Assembly: GCA_049301735.1 (NCBI GenBank)
Contig: JBAQLI010000086.1
Span: 45,295 to 77,294 of the forward strand
Reading direction: 5' to 3'
DNA: 32,000 nucleotides
From: Candidatus Methanoperedens sp.
GTDB taxonomy: Archaea > Halobacteriota > Methanosarcinia > Methanosarcinales > Methanoperedenaceae
This document shows positions 31,881 through 32,000 of the stretch, piece after piece. How positions within the stretch are numbered: position 1 is the first letter of the stretch; every line of letters starts with the position of its first letter. A model generated the notes under the pieces. It did not search any database. It saw only the letters and a program-made list of their open reading frames with translations, and had not been told where the DNA came from. The position numbers and the translations under genes were made by a program.

Positions 31881-32000
31881 AAATGCAGTAATGCATGCTT
31901 TTAGTGTCATGGTCATCACCTCTATTTTGCTAATGACCAATGCTATAACTAAGACAATGACCGCTGTAAGCTCTAGTTCCACATATAGGAAGTATCTCAT

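Noticed and set aside
31701-32000. 99-aa minus-strand ORF at the right edge
   Set aside because: Its C-terminal two thirds run straight through the tRNA-like T-arm and the structured hairpin. It has no ribosome-binding site or motif. The hydrophobic N-terminal ~30 residues could belong to a real gene continuing beyond the window, but this cannot be supported here.
1-32000. The idea that this is a Borg-like extrachromosomal element of a Methanoperedens-type archaeon (AT-rich, MHC genes, tandem repeats)
   Set aside because: Genes are on both strands in alternating blocks. Core housekeeping genes are present (hisH, asd, dus, rps15, ftsZ, beta-RFAP synthase). The only tandem repeats are short or imperfect. 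A chromosomal origin is more parsimonious.
1-32000. CRISPR arrays, rRNA genes, IS elements, integrases, toxin-antitoxin or known defence operons
   Set aside because: I looked on both strands. I saw no regularly spaced repeats, no transposase or integrase motifs, and no recognisable defence-system signatures.

Overview
Archaeal chromosomal DNA. The gene content points to a Methanosarcinales-type organism (ANME-2 / Methanoperedens-like), but this is inference only. It rests on beta-RFAP synthase of methanopterin synthesis, archaeal uS15, a FlaI/FlaJ-type secretion pair, PGF-CTERM tails, dense multihaem cytochromes, BRE/TATA-like promoters and GGTGA/GGAGG ribosome-binding sites. I can support about 37 protein genes. 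I found no rRNA, CRISPR array, transposase or integrase. Layout: (i) 1-3.7 kb is a very AT-rich block with two AN1 zinc-finger genes, two tiny ORFs and an overlapping Nudix + 2H-phosphoesterase pair. (ii) 3.7-10.3 kb holds dus, then a MinD / 62-aa membrane protein / secretion ATPase / FlaJ-TadC-like platform operon with no pilin gene. (iii) 10.3-15.9 kb is housekeeping: PurM-superfamily protein overlapping hisH, a CDGSH Fe-S protein + CxxS thioredoxin-like pair, an aminotransferase, and ferredoxin-asd. (iv) 16.0-24.0 kb is the headline: an 8-kb island of nine genes in three operons. It encodes five multihaem c-type cytochromes (about 6, 4, 6, 13 and 7 haem motifs) wired to three different membrane quinol-oxidoreductase-type modules: DsrJOP/NrfBCD-like, NapC/NirT-like, and cytochrome b + MHC. 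There is no catalytic reductase subunit. Two cytochromes carry archaeosortase-type C-termini, and all three operons share a promoter-proximal motif AAAACGG(G)TA. This is a candidate extracellular electron-transfer system. (v) 24.1-31.6 kb holds a YkgJ-type Cys-cluster protein, an AN1-rhomboid fusion, a lipoprotein, a tail-less FtsZ paralogue, beta-RFAP synthase overlapping a methyltransferase, and a uS15 / RecJ-like DHH / Pcc1-like operon. (vi) The right edge carries tRNA-like fragments that I could not fold into a complete tRNA; they may mark an integration junction. Unexplained non-coding signals are a roughly 55-nt GC-rich double hairpin in an AT-rich convergent spacer (22063-22118) and three tandem palindromic 9-mers (10289-10315). 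All family calls come from motifs read by eye. No database search was run.
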